A DNA stretch of 64,000 nt from a virus (Duplodnaviria > Caudoviricetes), in the IMG/VR virus record IMGVR_UViG_3300025121_000013. One strand, given 5' to 3'. Positions 18,467-27,995 of this stretch are shown here, one piece after another (position 1 is the stretch's first letter; each line of letters starts with the position of its first letter). Position numbers and translations under genes: made by a program. The notes beneath the pieces were generated by a model that saw nothing but the letters and a program-made list of their open reading frames with translations, searched no databases and had not been told where the DNA came from.

Positions 18467-19220
18467 ATTTTTCTTTCATTTCTTTTAAAAGTTCTAATTC
18501 ATTGGCTATTTTTTCTATTTGAATCACCTTCATTGATGGCAAAACTATACAAGATAATTTCCCACCCATATCTAAATATGCGGCTCCGGTATCTATACCA
18601 ATTTTTCCATATTTAACATAAATGTCAGATATATATTTTCCTTCAAAAAATGGTGTATGTCCAAACACAATTGTTTTACCAAAATTTGAAAAATCTTTAT
18701 ATAAAAATAAATCTCGAATCCAAAGGATTTCAGTGTAAAATGGTTTTTCAGCACTGGGATCTATTGTGGTTACAATTTCTTCTAAATCAAGATCTTCAAA
18801 TTTAGGATTTGGATTTTTTACCATATTAATTCCGCCATGAATAAAGAAATAATTTTCAGTTACATAAAACTTTTTAAGTTTATTTTTAATAAATTCAATG
18901 TGTTCATCAGGAATTTTATGGTTATAACTTTTAATAGTTTGATATCCGCCATTATATATAAACACTCCTTCATCAATACCCATCATATAATTATTAAACA
19001 TTTCTTCATGATTTCCCATCAAAGGAATGACAGAATTGGGATATTTTGAAACTAGACTTATAATATAAGAAATAACTTTATTCGAGTCTGGGCCTCGATC
19101 AATATAATCTCCGATAAAAATCAATTGATCTTTTTCATAATCAATTTCTTTTTCTATTTTTGCCATCAAAGATATTAACATATCATATTGACCATGTATA
19201 TCTCCGATTACATAGTACAT
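18456..19220 (-). CDS. Ser/Thr protein phosphatase (PPP, lambda-phosphatase-like)
   Basis: GDIHG, GDYIDRG, GNHE, HGG, FGHTP and IDTG. Confidence 0.9.
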   Translation of the reverse strand: MYYVIGDIHGQYDMLISLMAKIEKEIDYEKDQLIFIGDYIDRGPDSNKVISYIISLVSKYPNSVIPLMGNHEEMFNNYMMGIDEGVFIYNGGYQTIKSYNHKIPDEHIEFIKNKLKKFYVTENYFFIHGGINMVKNPNPKFEDLDLEEIVTTIDPSAEKPFYTEILWIRDLFLYKDFSNFGKTIVFGHTPFFEGKYISDIYVKYGKIGIDTGAAYLDMGGKLSCIVLPSMKVIQIEKIANELELLKEMKEKYEG

Positions 19221-19241
19221 ATCTTTTCTCCTTTCAAAAAT

Positions 19242-19430
19242 CTAACTATCAATATATTCTTCATCAAAAGATTCATCCCATAATTGAATTTCTTTTAAAC
19301 AATCATCACATGTGATCATTTCATATCCGTCTCTACCGCCTTTAAATTTAACTATTTTTCCACAATTAACACATTTAAATTTATTTTCATCTATCCTATG
19401 TTTTTCTAATTCTTCAAAAGAAATAGTCAT
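19242..19430 (-). CDS. Small zinc-ribbon protein
   Basis: CVNC...CDDC. Confidence 0.55.
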   Translation of the reverse strand: MTISFEELEKHRIDENKFKCVNCGKIVKFKGGRDGYEMITCDDCLKEIQLWDESFDEEYIDS

Positions 19431-19629
19431 TTTATCCTCATTTCCTTTATTGGAAATAAATAAACAGTTAGTTTTGGGGTTGGATCAGTATTTAAAACTG
19501 CATCTTGAATTACAAACCATTTGCCTTCCTTTTTTATTTTATTTCCAACTATATCAAGGGGTGATTTCCATGATAAACCTTCTTTTTCTTTAGCCATGTA
19601 AAACCCTCTTGAGAAAGAGTTTTATTTTT

Positions 19630-19666
19630 AGGCTGGCTCTAGTCATAAGTCGACTAGAGCCAGCCT
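19630..19666 (-). terminator. Rho-independent terminator
   Basis: 15-bp stem AGGCTGGCTCTAGTC/GACTAGAGCCAGCCT just after the TAXI-like gene. Confidence 0.7.
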
Positions 19667-19692
19667 TTATTAATTGATCAGTATTTTAAATT

Positions 19693-20649
19693 CTACTTCA
19701 AAGGAACCTCATATTTGATCCAAGAAACTTTTTCAGGGTCTTCCACCTCTTGCCAAGCTGGGTGGGATGCCCTATCTTCTTTAATTTCTTCGAGATTCTC
19801 AATGATTGCATTCTTTAGAGCAATTAGATCTGCTGCTCTTTTTCCTTTATAATTCCATACAAACAGTTCATTTTGAACAGACAAACAGGGAAGCCCAAAC
19901 AGTCCCAAATTTTTGTAAGAGACTTTTGTCGGAATATAAAAATTTCCCAGTCTTTGAATATCAGAAGGATCAAAAGCTGCAAGGTTAAACATTTTTCCAT
20001 CGAGTTTTTCTACCCACGAAAGAGGTTTTCCACCCATAGCCAAAAAGGCGACAACCTCATTGTTTTGGAGTTTTGAAATTCCCTCTTCAGGTTTGAAAAC
20101 CTCAATAGCGTCAATGCTTAGCTGAAGACGTTCATTTATAATTGTCGAAGTGGGAAGTGCGCTTCCAAGAACCGCCACTTTCTTTCCACGGAGATCTCTC
20201 ATGTCTACAATGATTTGCCTTTGTTCTTTCGAGGATCCATAACCAAGGAACCCTTCAGAACCTTCCTTCAAAAGAATTCCATTTCTAAGAACAATAATGT
20301 GCATTGTATTTGCATGAAGTGACATGAGAGACCTAATATTTTTTGTTACCATTGAATCGGTTCTTTGAACAATATCAATGGTATCGGACTGTGCAAGACC
20401 AACGTCTGCATTTCTTCGAAGAATATTTAGAATATTATCAAATCCACCTGTCGTATTTGAATTCTCGCATAAATTAGGATAATAAGCGGAAATATTTTTA
20501 AACATCTTTGCATATGTATTTTGAGGATTTCCAGTCGAAAAAATCAAATAATTATCGGGGCATGTTTCTGATGGCTCAGTGGCGAAGCAATAAAAAGGAT
20601 TAATCAAAAAAGAGATTAGGATGAGAAAACCCAGAACCCAACGTTTCAT
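19693..20649 (-). CDS. Secreted TAXI-family (TRAP-type) solute-binding-like protein
   Basis: Signal peptide; STG....TY, TTGG.DN, AD.GLAQSD, L...H.N..HIIV and DLRGKKVA. Confidence 0.7.
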   Translation of the reverse strand: MKRWVLGFLILISFLINPFYCFATEPSETCPDNYLIFSTGNPQNTYAKMFKNISAYYPNLCENSNTTGGFDNILNILRRNADVGLAQSDTIDIVQRTDSMVTKNIRSLMSLHANTMHIIVLRNGILLKEGSEGFLGYGSSKEQRQIIVDMRDLRGKKVAVLGSALPTSTIINERLQLSIDAIEVFKPEEGISKLQNNEVVAFLAMGGKPLSWVEKLDGKMFNLAAFDPSDIQRLGNFYIPTKVSYKNLGLFGLPCLSVQNELFVWNYKGKRAADLIALKNAIIENLEEIKEDRASHPAWQEVEDPEKVSWIKYEVPLK

Positions 20650-20689
20650 GAAAACTCCTTTTCTCCGGATATCAGTGATTTATATAATT

Positions 20690-20857
20690 CTATTTATAAA
20701 ACTTAGGTCCATTATTTATGGGTTGAGATTGTGTAATATTTTCCTCAGAATAAATTTCATTATTTATTGATTTTGTTTTCATGGATCCAAAAATTACAAT
20801 TCCTATGAGAAATATCATGAGAATCAGGCCTACGATTTTAATAACCTTGTAGTACAT
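20690..20857 (-). CDS. Small membrane protein (55 aa; below the ORF-track cutoff)
   Basis: MYYKVIKIVGLILMIFLIGIVIFGSM...; GGAGG upstream. Confidence 0.55.
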   Translation of the reverse strand: MYYKVIKIVGLILMIFLIGIVIFGSMKTKSINNEIYSEENITQSQPINNGPKFYK

Positions 20858-20880
20858 TCGCCCTCCTGGAAAAGATGATT

Positions 20881-21609
20881 CTATTCTCCAGTATTTTCTA
20901 CCAATAGTTCAGTTTTTGCATGCCTAATAAATTCTCCGTCAATTTCCAAATCTGCAAATGCCCTATCAAAATTTTCCGAAATTGCATTGGAGGCTTCTTC
21001 AGCCAATAGGTCTCTGGTAATTGTTTCTTTATCAGTTGACGAAACACTCGAAAGTGCATCAGCGCTAGCAATGGCGAATTCTTGTTGAAATTTTTGTCTT
21101 TCTACCTCATTTTTAAATTCAATTAGGGCTTCTTCAAATTTCTTTAGCTTAGCACTTTGCATCTCAAAGAGTTTTCTCATTTTCTCAAGGGCTTGACGTT
21201 CCTTACTCAAATTACAATTGGGATCTCTTTTTTCTCTTTCTTCAATAAGTCTTTGTAATCCCTGAACTTTTGAAAAAAGGACTTTTGTTCCATTTTTAAA
21301 TATCGCTACATGTTCTGACCGTGCGATAATGGTATTTTCCAATTGTTCAATCGGGTTTTGTCTTGCTTCAACTTTTCTCATTTTAATAATCCAGTTTTCT
21401 AATTTTTGTCCCATAAGAGGAATTGTCATAACCACTCCAGTTCCAACAATTCCGATGGCTCCAATTGCAAAGAGACTGACTGCTGCAACTAGAGCATTAT
21501 AAATAATAAATGAAAAACCGGCTAAAGCGCCAACCATTGTCAAACCAGTTAATGTTTTGATAGCTACAGCCTTTTTATTTATAGATACTTGTGGGAGATG
21601 AGGGGTCAT
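20881..21609 (-). CDS. Membrane-anchored coiled-coil protein
   Basis: Two N-terminal TM helices followed by a long coiled coil. Confidence 0.65.
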   Translation of the reverse strand: MTPHLPQVSINKKAVAIKTLTGLTMVGALAGFSFIIYNALVAAVSLFAIGAIGIVGTGVVMTIPLMGQKLENWIIKMRKVEARQNPIEQLENTIIARSEHVAIFKNGTKVLFSKVQGLQRLIEEREKRDPNCNLSKERQALEKMRKLFEMQSAKLKKFEEALIEFKNEVERQKFQQEFAIASADALSSVSSTDKETITRDLLAEEASNAISENFDRAFADLEIDGEFIRHAKTELLVENTGE

Positions 21610-21711
21610 CCTTCATTCCTTTGACGGGATTTATTAGGGGAGAATTTATTTCACTCTTAATTTTTTTAATGTCTTTAAAATTAAATATAATCGGAGGATT
21701 TAATTCAATCT

Positions 21712-21951
21712 TCAAAGTTTTTCTCGAGGAAAAATTTCAGTGAAAAATCTAAATTTTTTAAAGTCTTCATGAAGAGAGTCATAACATCCATTTATAGTAT
21801 AAATGAACAATTTATCTTTTTCTTCTAAAGGAATAATTCTTTTTACAAAAACCCAATTAGATTCATTTGTATCTTCATCCGTTTCTAGATAAAGAATACT
21901 ATACTTTTTATTAAAAGAATCTAAAATATATTTTACTTGTTCTTTTGTCAT
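21712..21951 (-). CDS. Hypothetical protein; true start at 21951 (the track ORF runs through the tRNA)
   Basis: MTKEQVKYILDSF...; preceded by a short TM peptide ORF (MAFGLILLAIVAIVILAGYLGTKTK). Confidence 0.55.
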   Translation of the reverse strand: MTKEQVKYILDSFNKKYSILYLETDEDTNESNWVFVKRIIPLEEKDKLFIYTINGCYDSLHEDFKKFRFFTEIFPREKL

Positions 21952-22052
21952 TTGGTTTTCGTTCCTAAATAACCAGCTAAAATAACTATTGCTACAATCG
22001 CTAAAAGAATTAATCCAAAAGCCATTCGTTCCTTTCCTTTCTAGATATTTTT

Positions 22053-22142
22053 TGGTGCCGAGGACGGGAGTCGAACCCGTACAGGGATTTCTCCACCGAG
22101 GGATTTTAAGTCCCTTGCGTCTACCAGTTCCGCCACCCCGGC
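22053..22142 (-). tRNA. tRNA-Leu(UAA)
   Basis: AGGGA-CT TAA AA-TCCCT; long variable arm; encoded CCA; no intron. Confidence 0.93.
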
Positions 22143-22161
22143 ACAAGATTATATTAGACTT

Positions 22162-23493
22162 TTAACAGATTGAATTGAAAAAGGTTTTATCTATATGTTT
22201 AGGGCCAAAAGATAATATTTTGATAGGAACTTCAGTTTCTTCTCTTATAAATCTAAAAAATTTACTTTCCCATCCCCTTCCTTGAAAAGTTTCATAAGAG
22301 GGTTTAACAAAAGGTAAATATTTTGTAAGAAAGTTCTCTTCTGAAAGATCATATATTTCATTAGATTGAATATATTCGAAAAACAATTTATCTATATTTT
22401 TTAGTTCATCAAAAACATAATTTGTACAAACCTTTATTTTATCCATTTTATTAAGAAGATCAATATGGGTCAAAGCAATTCCATCTAAACCATTCGAAAT
22501 ATTTAAAGAATATTTCAAAGCAACTAAATCTAAATGTCCAATTCTAAATTTTCCCTGCCATCCATTATTTACATTATGTTTATCAAAAAATCTTAGAGAT
22601 TCATCTTCTGTAATTAATGGGCCATTACCATGTCTTGTGGTAAAAATTCTTGAAATGCCAATCATTTGAATATTTTCAATATCTTTAAAATCTATCGGAT
22701 TAATGGCAACATGTCTTTTTGTTACATATGGCAAGACCCCATATCTTGGGTCAAGAAGATTTCCTTGGGAGCTCTCAAAGATTATAACATCATTTGAAAT
22801 TTCATCGAGCTTTTCAAAAGGAAGATTATGAACATGACTTTCAATATATACTTTAAATTTTTTATATTCAGAATGTAAAAATTTAATATATTTTTTATTT
22901 ATAAAAGTACTAATAATTTTATCTTCTCGTATTGAAGAAGGAAATTCATCTAACAATTCATTTAAAATAAAATTGATTTTATCAAGCAAATATTTATCAG
23001 GTTTAAATAAATCAATGACTTTCAAAGTTGGGATATTTTTTTGTTTAGACCTTACATATTCTCCAACTCCAGCACCGCATGTGCTAAATTTTTTAACCCT
23101 ATCATATTCTCTTTTTCTGCCGAATAAAACATGAAAAGGAAGAATCAATTCACAATTTTCATGGATATCTATTCTTTCCCAAATATTTCTCGTTTTTGTA
23201 TTTAATACTTTCGCTTCTTCCATCATAGTCAAAGGGTCAAAAACCATATCTTCTGAATAAACGGTATTTGACTTTAAGTTTGATAAAGAATTGGAACCGA
23301 AGTGACTAAAACAATGATGAATATTTTTATTTATAACATTATGAGCGGCTTGATGTGCTCCATTAAATCGAATAGCTGTTGAAGGCCCAAACTTATGTCC
23401 AAGGGCATCAATAATACTTCCTTTTCCTTCATCTCCATAATTTAAGCCGAAAATCAAAAAACATTTTTTTCCTTTAAATATTTTATTATTCAT
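22162..23493 (-). CDS. Divergent adenylosuccinate synthetase-family ligase
   Basis: YGDEGKG, RFNGAHQAAHN, FESSQG.LLD, PYVT, TTRHG.GP, THID and SFGP; Asp-binding loop replaced by NNGWQGKFR. Confidence 0.85.
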   Translation of the reverse strand: MNNKIFKGKKCFLIFGLNYGDEGKGSIIDALGHKFGPSTAIRFNGAHQAAHNVINKNIHHCFSHFGSNSLSNLKSNTVYSEDMVFDPLTMMEEAKVLNTKTRNIWERIDIHENCELILPFHVLFGRKREYDRVKKFSTCGAGVGEYVRSKQKNIPTLKVIDLFKPDKYLLDKINFILNELLDEFPSSIREDKIISTFINKKYIKFLHSEYKKFKVYIESHVHNLPFEKLDEISNDVIIFESSQGNLLDPRYGVLPYVTKRHVAINPIDFKDIENIQMIGISRIFTTRHGNGPLITEDESLRFFDKHNVNNGWQGKFRIGHLDLVALKYSLNISNGLDGIALTHIDLLNKMDKIKVCTNYVFDELKNIDKLFFEYIQSNEIYDLSEENFLTKYLPFVKPSYETFQGRGWESKFFRFIREETEVPIKILSFGPKHIDKTFFNSIC

Positions 23494-24394
23494 TTTTATA
23501 TTCAGGATTGAAAGGATATATATAGTTTGGAGTGATTACCGCTTTATGAGATATTTCATCCCCCAAAAGAAAATTTTTATAACCAAGAGATTTCATAAAT
23601 TTTATATCCATAAAATTAGCCATATTATTTGGTTCTACATCTAAAGGAAGGTCTGTCGCTAAAATAGCTTCAGGATCCTTTTTAATAATAAAGTCTAAAT
23701 AAAGGGTGAAGAAATTTATATCATTTAATGAATTTATAAATAAATCTTGCCTCGCTGCCATCAAATTACATTTTAAATCAGAAAGATTTTTAGGGCTTAT
23801 GGTTGTCAAAAGACGAAGCCCTTCCATTGATTCGATTTTTAATATAAGATTAGATTCTGGATAAAGATCTCTTATTATCTGCAGATCTTCATATTTTTCA
23901 AAAAAGGAAATCATAAAATTCTGACAAGAAAACTCTTTACAAGCCTTAATAAATTCTAAATCTTCATTAGTTAAAAACCCGTCAACCTTTAAATTTTTTC
24001 CAATGATATTAACTGATTGCCCTTTTCCTACAGCATACCTCGGAATAGGGTCAACAAAAATTTTATTTCCAACTATTGATTTAATTTCACTTGGTTCAGA
24101 AGAACCTCTGAAATATATTGTAGCGGGGAGATCAACTTTTACATTATGATTTAATAATATATCTCCATATTTTGGAAACGCCCATTCAAGAATTCTTAAT
24201 TGCCTTCCTTTAAGATCAACCCATAAATTTTTATCAAATCTTATGCATTCTCGTGTCAAAAATTCTATTGTTTTAAAAGGAGTTAGATCCGAAGTACATC
24301 CGGTATTATATCTAACATTTTTAATTTTTTCATTTTTTAAAATATCATAAAGAATTTTTGTTTGATATATTGGAGGTAAAGTACAATATAGCAA
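23486..24394 (-). CDS. Pyruvate kinase-like protein (A and B domains only)
   Basis: YCTLPP, RYN, VDLKGRQLR, LKIES.EG, MAARQDL, ATD and LLGDE parallel the PK barrel motifs; no C domain. Confidence 0.75.
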   Translation of the reverse strand: MLYCTLPPIYQTKILYDILKNEKIKNVRYNTGCTSDLTPFKTIEFLTRECIRFDKNLWVDLKGRQLRILEWAFPKYGDILLNHNVKVDLPATIYFRGSSEPSEIKSIVGNKIFVDPIPRYAVGKGQSVNIIGKNLKVDGFLTNEDLEFIKACKEFSCQNFMISFFEKYEDLQIIRDLYPESNLILKIESMEGLRLLTTISPKNLSDLKCNLMAARQDLFINSLNDINFFTLYLDFIIKKDPEAILATDLPLDVEPNNMANFMDIKFMKSLGYKNFLLGDEISHKAVITPNYIYPFNPEYKNE

Positions 24395-24395
24395 T

Positions 24396-25361
24396 TTATA
24401 ATTTTCTTATAGAACTTTTTCTAGAAATATTTGATTGTTCAGGAAGTTTATTTATAGGAACCGAGGGAACTAATGATCTACAAAATTCTCCAAGACTATT
24501 AGAAACATTTTCAATTCTTTCATTTGTTTGTTTTCTATTTTTCATATCATCAATATAACTTGACATATCTCTTGAATTATAAGCCATGGCTATAATTCCC
24601 AAAATAATATCGATCACAGATTTTTCTTCTTTTAGAAGAATAATATTTTGAGAAGGAAGCATTGCTTTCCAAGAGCGAATAATACTTTCTTCAAAATCAA
24701 ATCCCTGATATTTATTTAACAAAACAAAAACATTATTTTTAAATTTTTTCATAAGTTTCGTAAATATTGTTTTTGAGGGGATTTCATTGTTAAGGGTAAT
24801 ATTTAAGATTGATGAACTTATTCTATTTGTTAAATATGAATATGGACTTTCATCAGCGAGAAAGAAAAAGAATGGAAATACATCTTTATGGGTTAATTTA
24901 CATTTTTCATTAAAGTACTCAGCAGCCAATTCATAAGTTTCCGTTTGTTGCCCACCACCACTTCCCTCTAGATATAATTTTTCAATCCATTTTTCATTTT
25001 CAATTCCATAAGCAAAATCAGAAATTTGTAAAGGGGCTGAATCACAATATGCATCTCCAACTGCGGAGAAGGAAAGTTCAAATTCATCTTTTGGCAAATA
25101 ACCTTGTTGTTCAATTTGTCCATGTAACATTGGGGCCTTGTCATAAAATACCTTTGCAAAATTTATATTTGATCCCGTAACGTCAAGCATCAATACAATT
25201 GGATGTTTAGCCGAACATACAATATTTCTTTTTGGGTCTAAATCTTTATGTAATTCCTCAGATTTAAAAATTGTATTGGAAACTGTTGAGGCCATACCAC
25301 TGCCAAAATTGGAAGATGACCTACTGCCATAGACAGGTCTGTCATATGATGAGCCGCCCAT
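24396..25361 (-). CDS. vWA domain protein
   Basis: LDVTGS MIDAS, AVGDAY.D..PLQ, LEG.GGG...E.YELA and FF.ADE. Confidence 0.8.
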   Translation of the reverse strand: MGGSSYDRPVYGSRSSSNFGSGMASTVSNTIFKSEELHKDLDPKRNIVCSAKHPIVLMLDVTGSNINFAKVFYDKAPMLHGQIEQQGYLPKDEFELSFSAVGDAYCDSAPLQISDFAYGIENEKWIEKLYLEGSGGGQQTETYELAAEYFNEKCKLTHKDVFPFFFFLADESPYSYLTNRISSSILNITLNNEIPSKTIFTKLMKKFKNNVFVLLNKYQGFDFEESIIRSWKAMLPSQNIILLKEEKSVIDIILGIIAMAYNSRDMSSYIDDMKNRKQTNERIENVSNSLGEFCRSLVPSVPINKLPEQSNISRKSSIRKL

Positions 25362-25362
25362 T

Positions 25363-26454
25363 TCATATTCCCTTCCCTGGAACTTTATCTAAGAAATCTC
25401 TAAAACGATCTGGTCCAAAATATTTGGTTCTAATTTTTTCTAATTTTTCCCATTCTTGAAAACAATCATCAGATCTTTTTTTAGGATTTGACTCAACCAT
25501 TTTTTGAATTAGAGAATCAAAATCTGGATAATCTTTTATATTTTTTTGATAATTATTTTCATTGTTTCCTGACAACAAATATATCATAGATTTTCCTATT
25601 GAGAATAAATCAGTTCTTGGATGGGGTGAAAGGTCTTTAGTTATTTCTGGAGCTGAAAAATCATTTAATAAACTATATTTTGCATCATTTGAATTAGCAT
25701 CTTGGATCGCTCCGCAAAAATCAATTATGGTTACGTTATGATTATAATGGGTTACAATTAAATTTGAAGGTTCAATGAGGCCATGAATAATTAATTTTGA
25801 ATGTAAATTACCACAGGCTGATAAAATTCTTTCAAGTATCCATACAGCATTCGAAACAGAAATTCCTTCAGTATAAAAATTTTGTAAAGTACAAAAATCA
25901 AACCCCTCAATATATTTAGTTACATTGGCTAAAGAATCATCTGAAAATTTAAAATGATCTAAATAAACAGGAAATGACAATGGGTTTAAATTTTTTTGAA
26001 TATGTATTAACATTTCTTTTTCATGTAAAATTAAATCATTGGAATCTTTTGAAACCTTCATACAAACTTTTATTTTTGCTCCGGTGTGATATTCTCGATC
26101 ACATAAATAAATATTTGAGAAATCTCCTTCTATCATATGTTTTAAAATATGATAAGTTTTATCATTTATTTTAAATATACTTTCATTTTTATCCATTCGT
26201 TTAAAAGGAATATTATTATCGAGACAAAAAAGTACAAGGTCTTTTAATTCAGTTAAATGTCTAAATGCTTCATTTGACAATTCTTGTTCTTTACTTGTCA
26301 TAGGATTACATTTATCTGGATGGAGAATAAACAAAAATGATCGATAGCACGAAATAATTTCTTTTTTGCCTTGATAAAGTATCCCACCAAAAAGATCTTT
26401 TGGATCAATGATTTTTAAAATTTTTTCACAAAAATCTTTTTGTTCTTGATCCAA
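25363..26454 (-). CDS. J-domain fused to a Ser/Thr kinase-like domain (pseudokinase)
   Basis: YR.....LHPDK J motif; MKVS, HEKE, HGLIEPSN (HRD Asp absent), IDF, APE and DLFSIG. Confidence 0.75.
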   Translation of the reverse strand: MDQEQKDFCEKILKIIDPKDLFGGILYQGKKEIISCYRSFLFILHPDKCNPMTSKEQELSNEAFRHLTELKDLVLFCLDNNIPFKRMDKNESIFKINDKTYHILKHMIEGDFSNIYLCDREYHTGAKIKVCMKVSKDSNDLILHEKEMLIHIQKNLNPLSFPVYLDHFKFSDDSLANVTKYIEGFDFCTLQNFYTEGISVSNAVWILERILSACGNLHSKLIIHGLIEPSNLIVTHYNHNVTIIDFCGAIQDANSNDAKYSLLNDFSAPEITKDLSPHPRTDLFSIGKSMIYLLSGNNENNYQKNIKDYPDFDSLIQKMVESNPKKRSDDCFQEWEKLEKIRTKYFGPDRFRDFLDKVPGKGI

Positions 26455-26457
26455 GTC

Positions 26458-27768
26458 TTATATCTTCTCCTTCCAAAATAGATTCAAGGCTAAAGTTGAA
26501 CATCTCTCTTGAAATTGTGCTCCGGTATCTCCATCTCCATCTTGAACTATTTTATTTATTTCATCAGGAAAATCAGAAAGGATTCTTTCAGCGATTTCTA
26601 ATCTACATTTTTCATCAAGAATTGTTAAATGAATAATTCTATCTATTCTTCCGGGCCTTATTGTCATTTTTCCATTTGAGACTTTTGAAGCGATTGCGTC
26701 ATCTAAATGATCTATATTATTTGTAGTTATGAAAGTTAAAATTCCATTTGAATTATAAATTCCATCTATGCAATTTAATAGACAATCAAATGAAAGAGGT
26801 TTTTTTAACATGTCTTGTTTTGATATATTTTCTCTTTTTTTGAACGTTGCGTCAATATCTTCAAAAAGTGCAATACAAGGAGAATTAGAAAGCATTTCAT
26901 TCCAATTTGTTATAAGCTCTTCATTTGATAAAGTTGATAAATCAAAAGACCAAATGGGAAAATCAAATTCTTGCCCAAGAGAACGAACTAAAGATGTTTT
27001 TCCTGTTCCGGGCAAACCATATAATAATATTCCTCTTTTCCAAGGAATTCCTTTTTCTTTAAACCAATCTCTACTTTCTTTCCATGTTTTTATTTCGTTA
27101 ATAATATTTTTTATTTCTTCAGGAAACGCCAAATTTTTTATTGGTGTATTATGAATTGAAGAAGTTATATCATCGAGATCAAAATTAAGTATTCTTTTTG
27201 ATCTAAAAAAATATGAATCTTGTGAAAAATCTATATTATTTTGATTCGGTTGAGAACGCTCAATTGAAGGAGATTTCCCCATTACTCTGGTTACAAAAAA
27301 CCTTTGAGGAAAATTGCCCGCATTGTCATTAAATTCTTTTACTATTTCAGAAATAAATTTATCTGGATCTAAAGTTCCCCTTAAAAAAGTTATAGTAAAA
27401 GAAATGTTATATTCTTCATTTCTAATATGTTTTTGTACTCCATTTATAAATAAAATTTTAAATCCATTTCTAAATATTAAATTAGGAGCATTAATTTTTT
27501 GATAAGAAACGAGAACATTTCTATCTTTTGATTTAGAAAATGTGAAAACAGAATTATAAGTTTTATTTAAGATTTTTAAAGGCTTATAATTTTTTAGTAT
27601 ATTTGAGATTGCTAAATCTATTAAATTATTATTTTCAATTTTTACTGTCACAAAAATTAAACTAAATAAATGTTGAAGAATGGTTTTCACTTTTTCCCAA
27701 AATGCTGCAATGAAGCCGGCTGCGGCACCTCCCAATAAGATAGAACTTCCTGAAAGATTTTCTAGCAT
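26458..27768 (-). CDS. BCS1-like AAA+ ATPase with N-terminal membrane anchor
   Basis: WKRGILLYG.PGTGKTS, FEDID, LLN.IDG, TTN..D.LD.A and RPGRID. Confidence 0.85.
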   Translation of the reverse strand: MLENLSGSSILLGGAAAGFIAAFWEKVKTILQHLFSLIFVTVKIENNNLIDLAISNILKNYKPLKILNKTYNSVFTFSKSKDRNVLVSYQKINAPNLIFRNGFKILFINGVQKHIRNEEYNISFTITFLRGTLDPDKFISEIVKEFNDNAGNFPQRFFVTRVMGKSPSIERSQPNQNNIDFSQDSYFFRSKRILNFDLDDITSSIHNTPIKNLAFPEEIKNIINEIKTWKESRDWFKEKGIPWKRGILLYGLPGTGKTSLVRSLGQEFDFPIWSFDLSTLSNEELITNWNEMLSNSPCIALFEDIDATFKKRENISKQDMLKKPLSFDCLLNCIDGIYNSNGILTFITTNNIDHLDDAIASKVSNGKMTIRPGRIDRIIHLTILDEKCRLEIAERILSDFPDEINKIVQDGDGDTGAQFQERCSTLALNLFWKEKI

Positions 27769-27792
27769 CTTTTCTCCTTAACCTGGTCTGGA

Positions 27793-27828
27793 GGGGCCCC
27801 TCATGAGAAAAGTCTCACAAGGGGCCCC
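27793..27828 (-). promoter_or_regulatory. GC-rich hairpin upstream of the AAA operon
   Basis: GGGGCCCCT..TGAGA/TCTCA..AGGGGCCCC. Confidence 0.5.
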
Positions 27829-27995
27829 ATACAATTCAACGGAAAAACAAACTAATAATTCCATCTAAAATATCTGGTTCTTTTATGAGAAGAATGAAAC
27901 AGAAAAACGAAATCCAAGATATAGTTCTAAAAAATAAATATTTTGTCATTTTAATCCTTTCTATGGATTTATCTCATTCTTTATAATTTTTAGAC

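Noticed and set aside
21952-22146. N-terminal part of track ORF 21712-22146
   Set aside because: It is a translation of the tRNA-Leu gene.
22162-23493. PurZ (2-aminoadenine, Z-genome) assignment
   Set aside because: The protein keeps the PurA-type Asp in GDEGKG, whereas PurZ has Ser (GSTGKG), and the Asp-binding loop that PurZ retains is absent.
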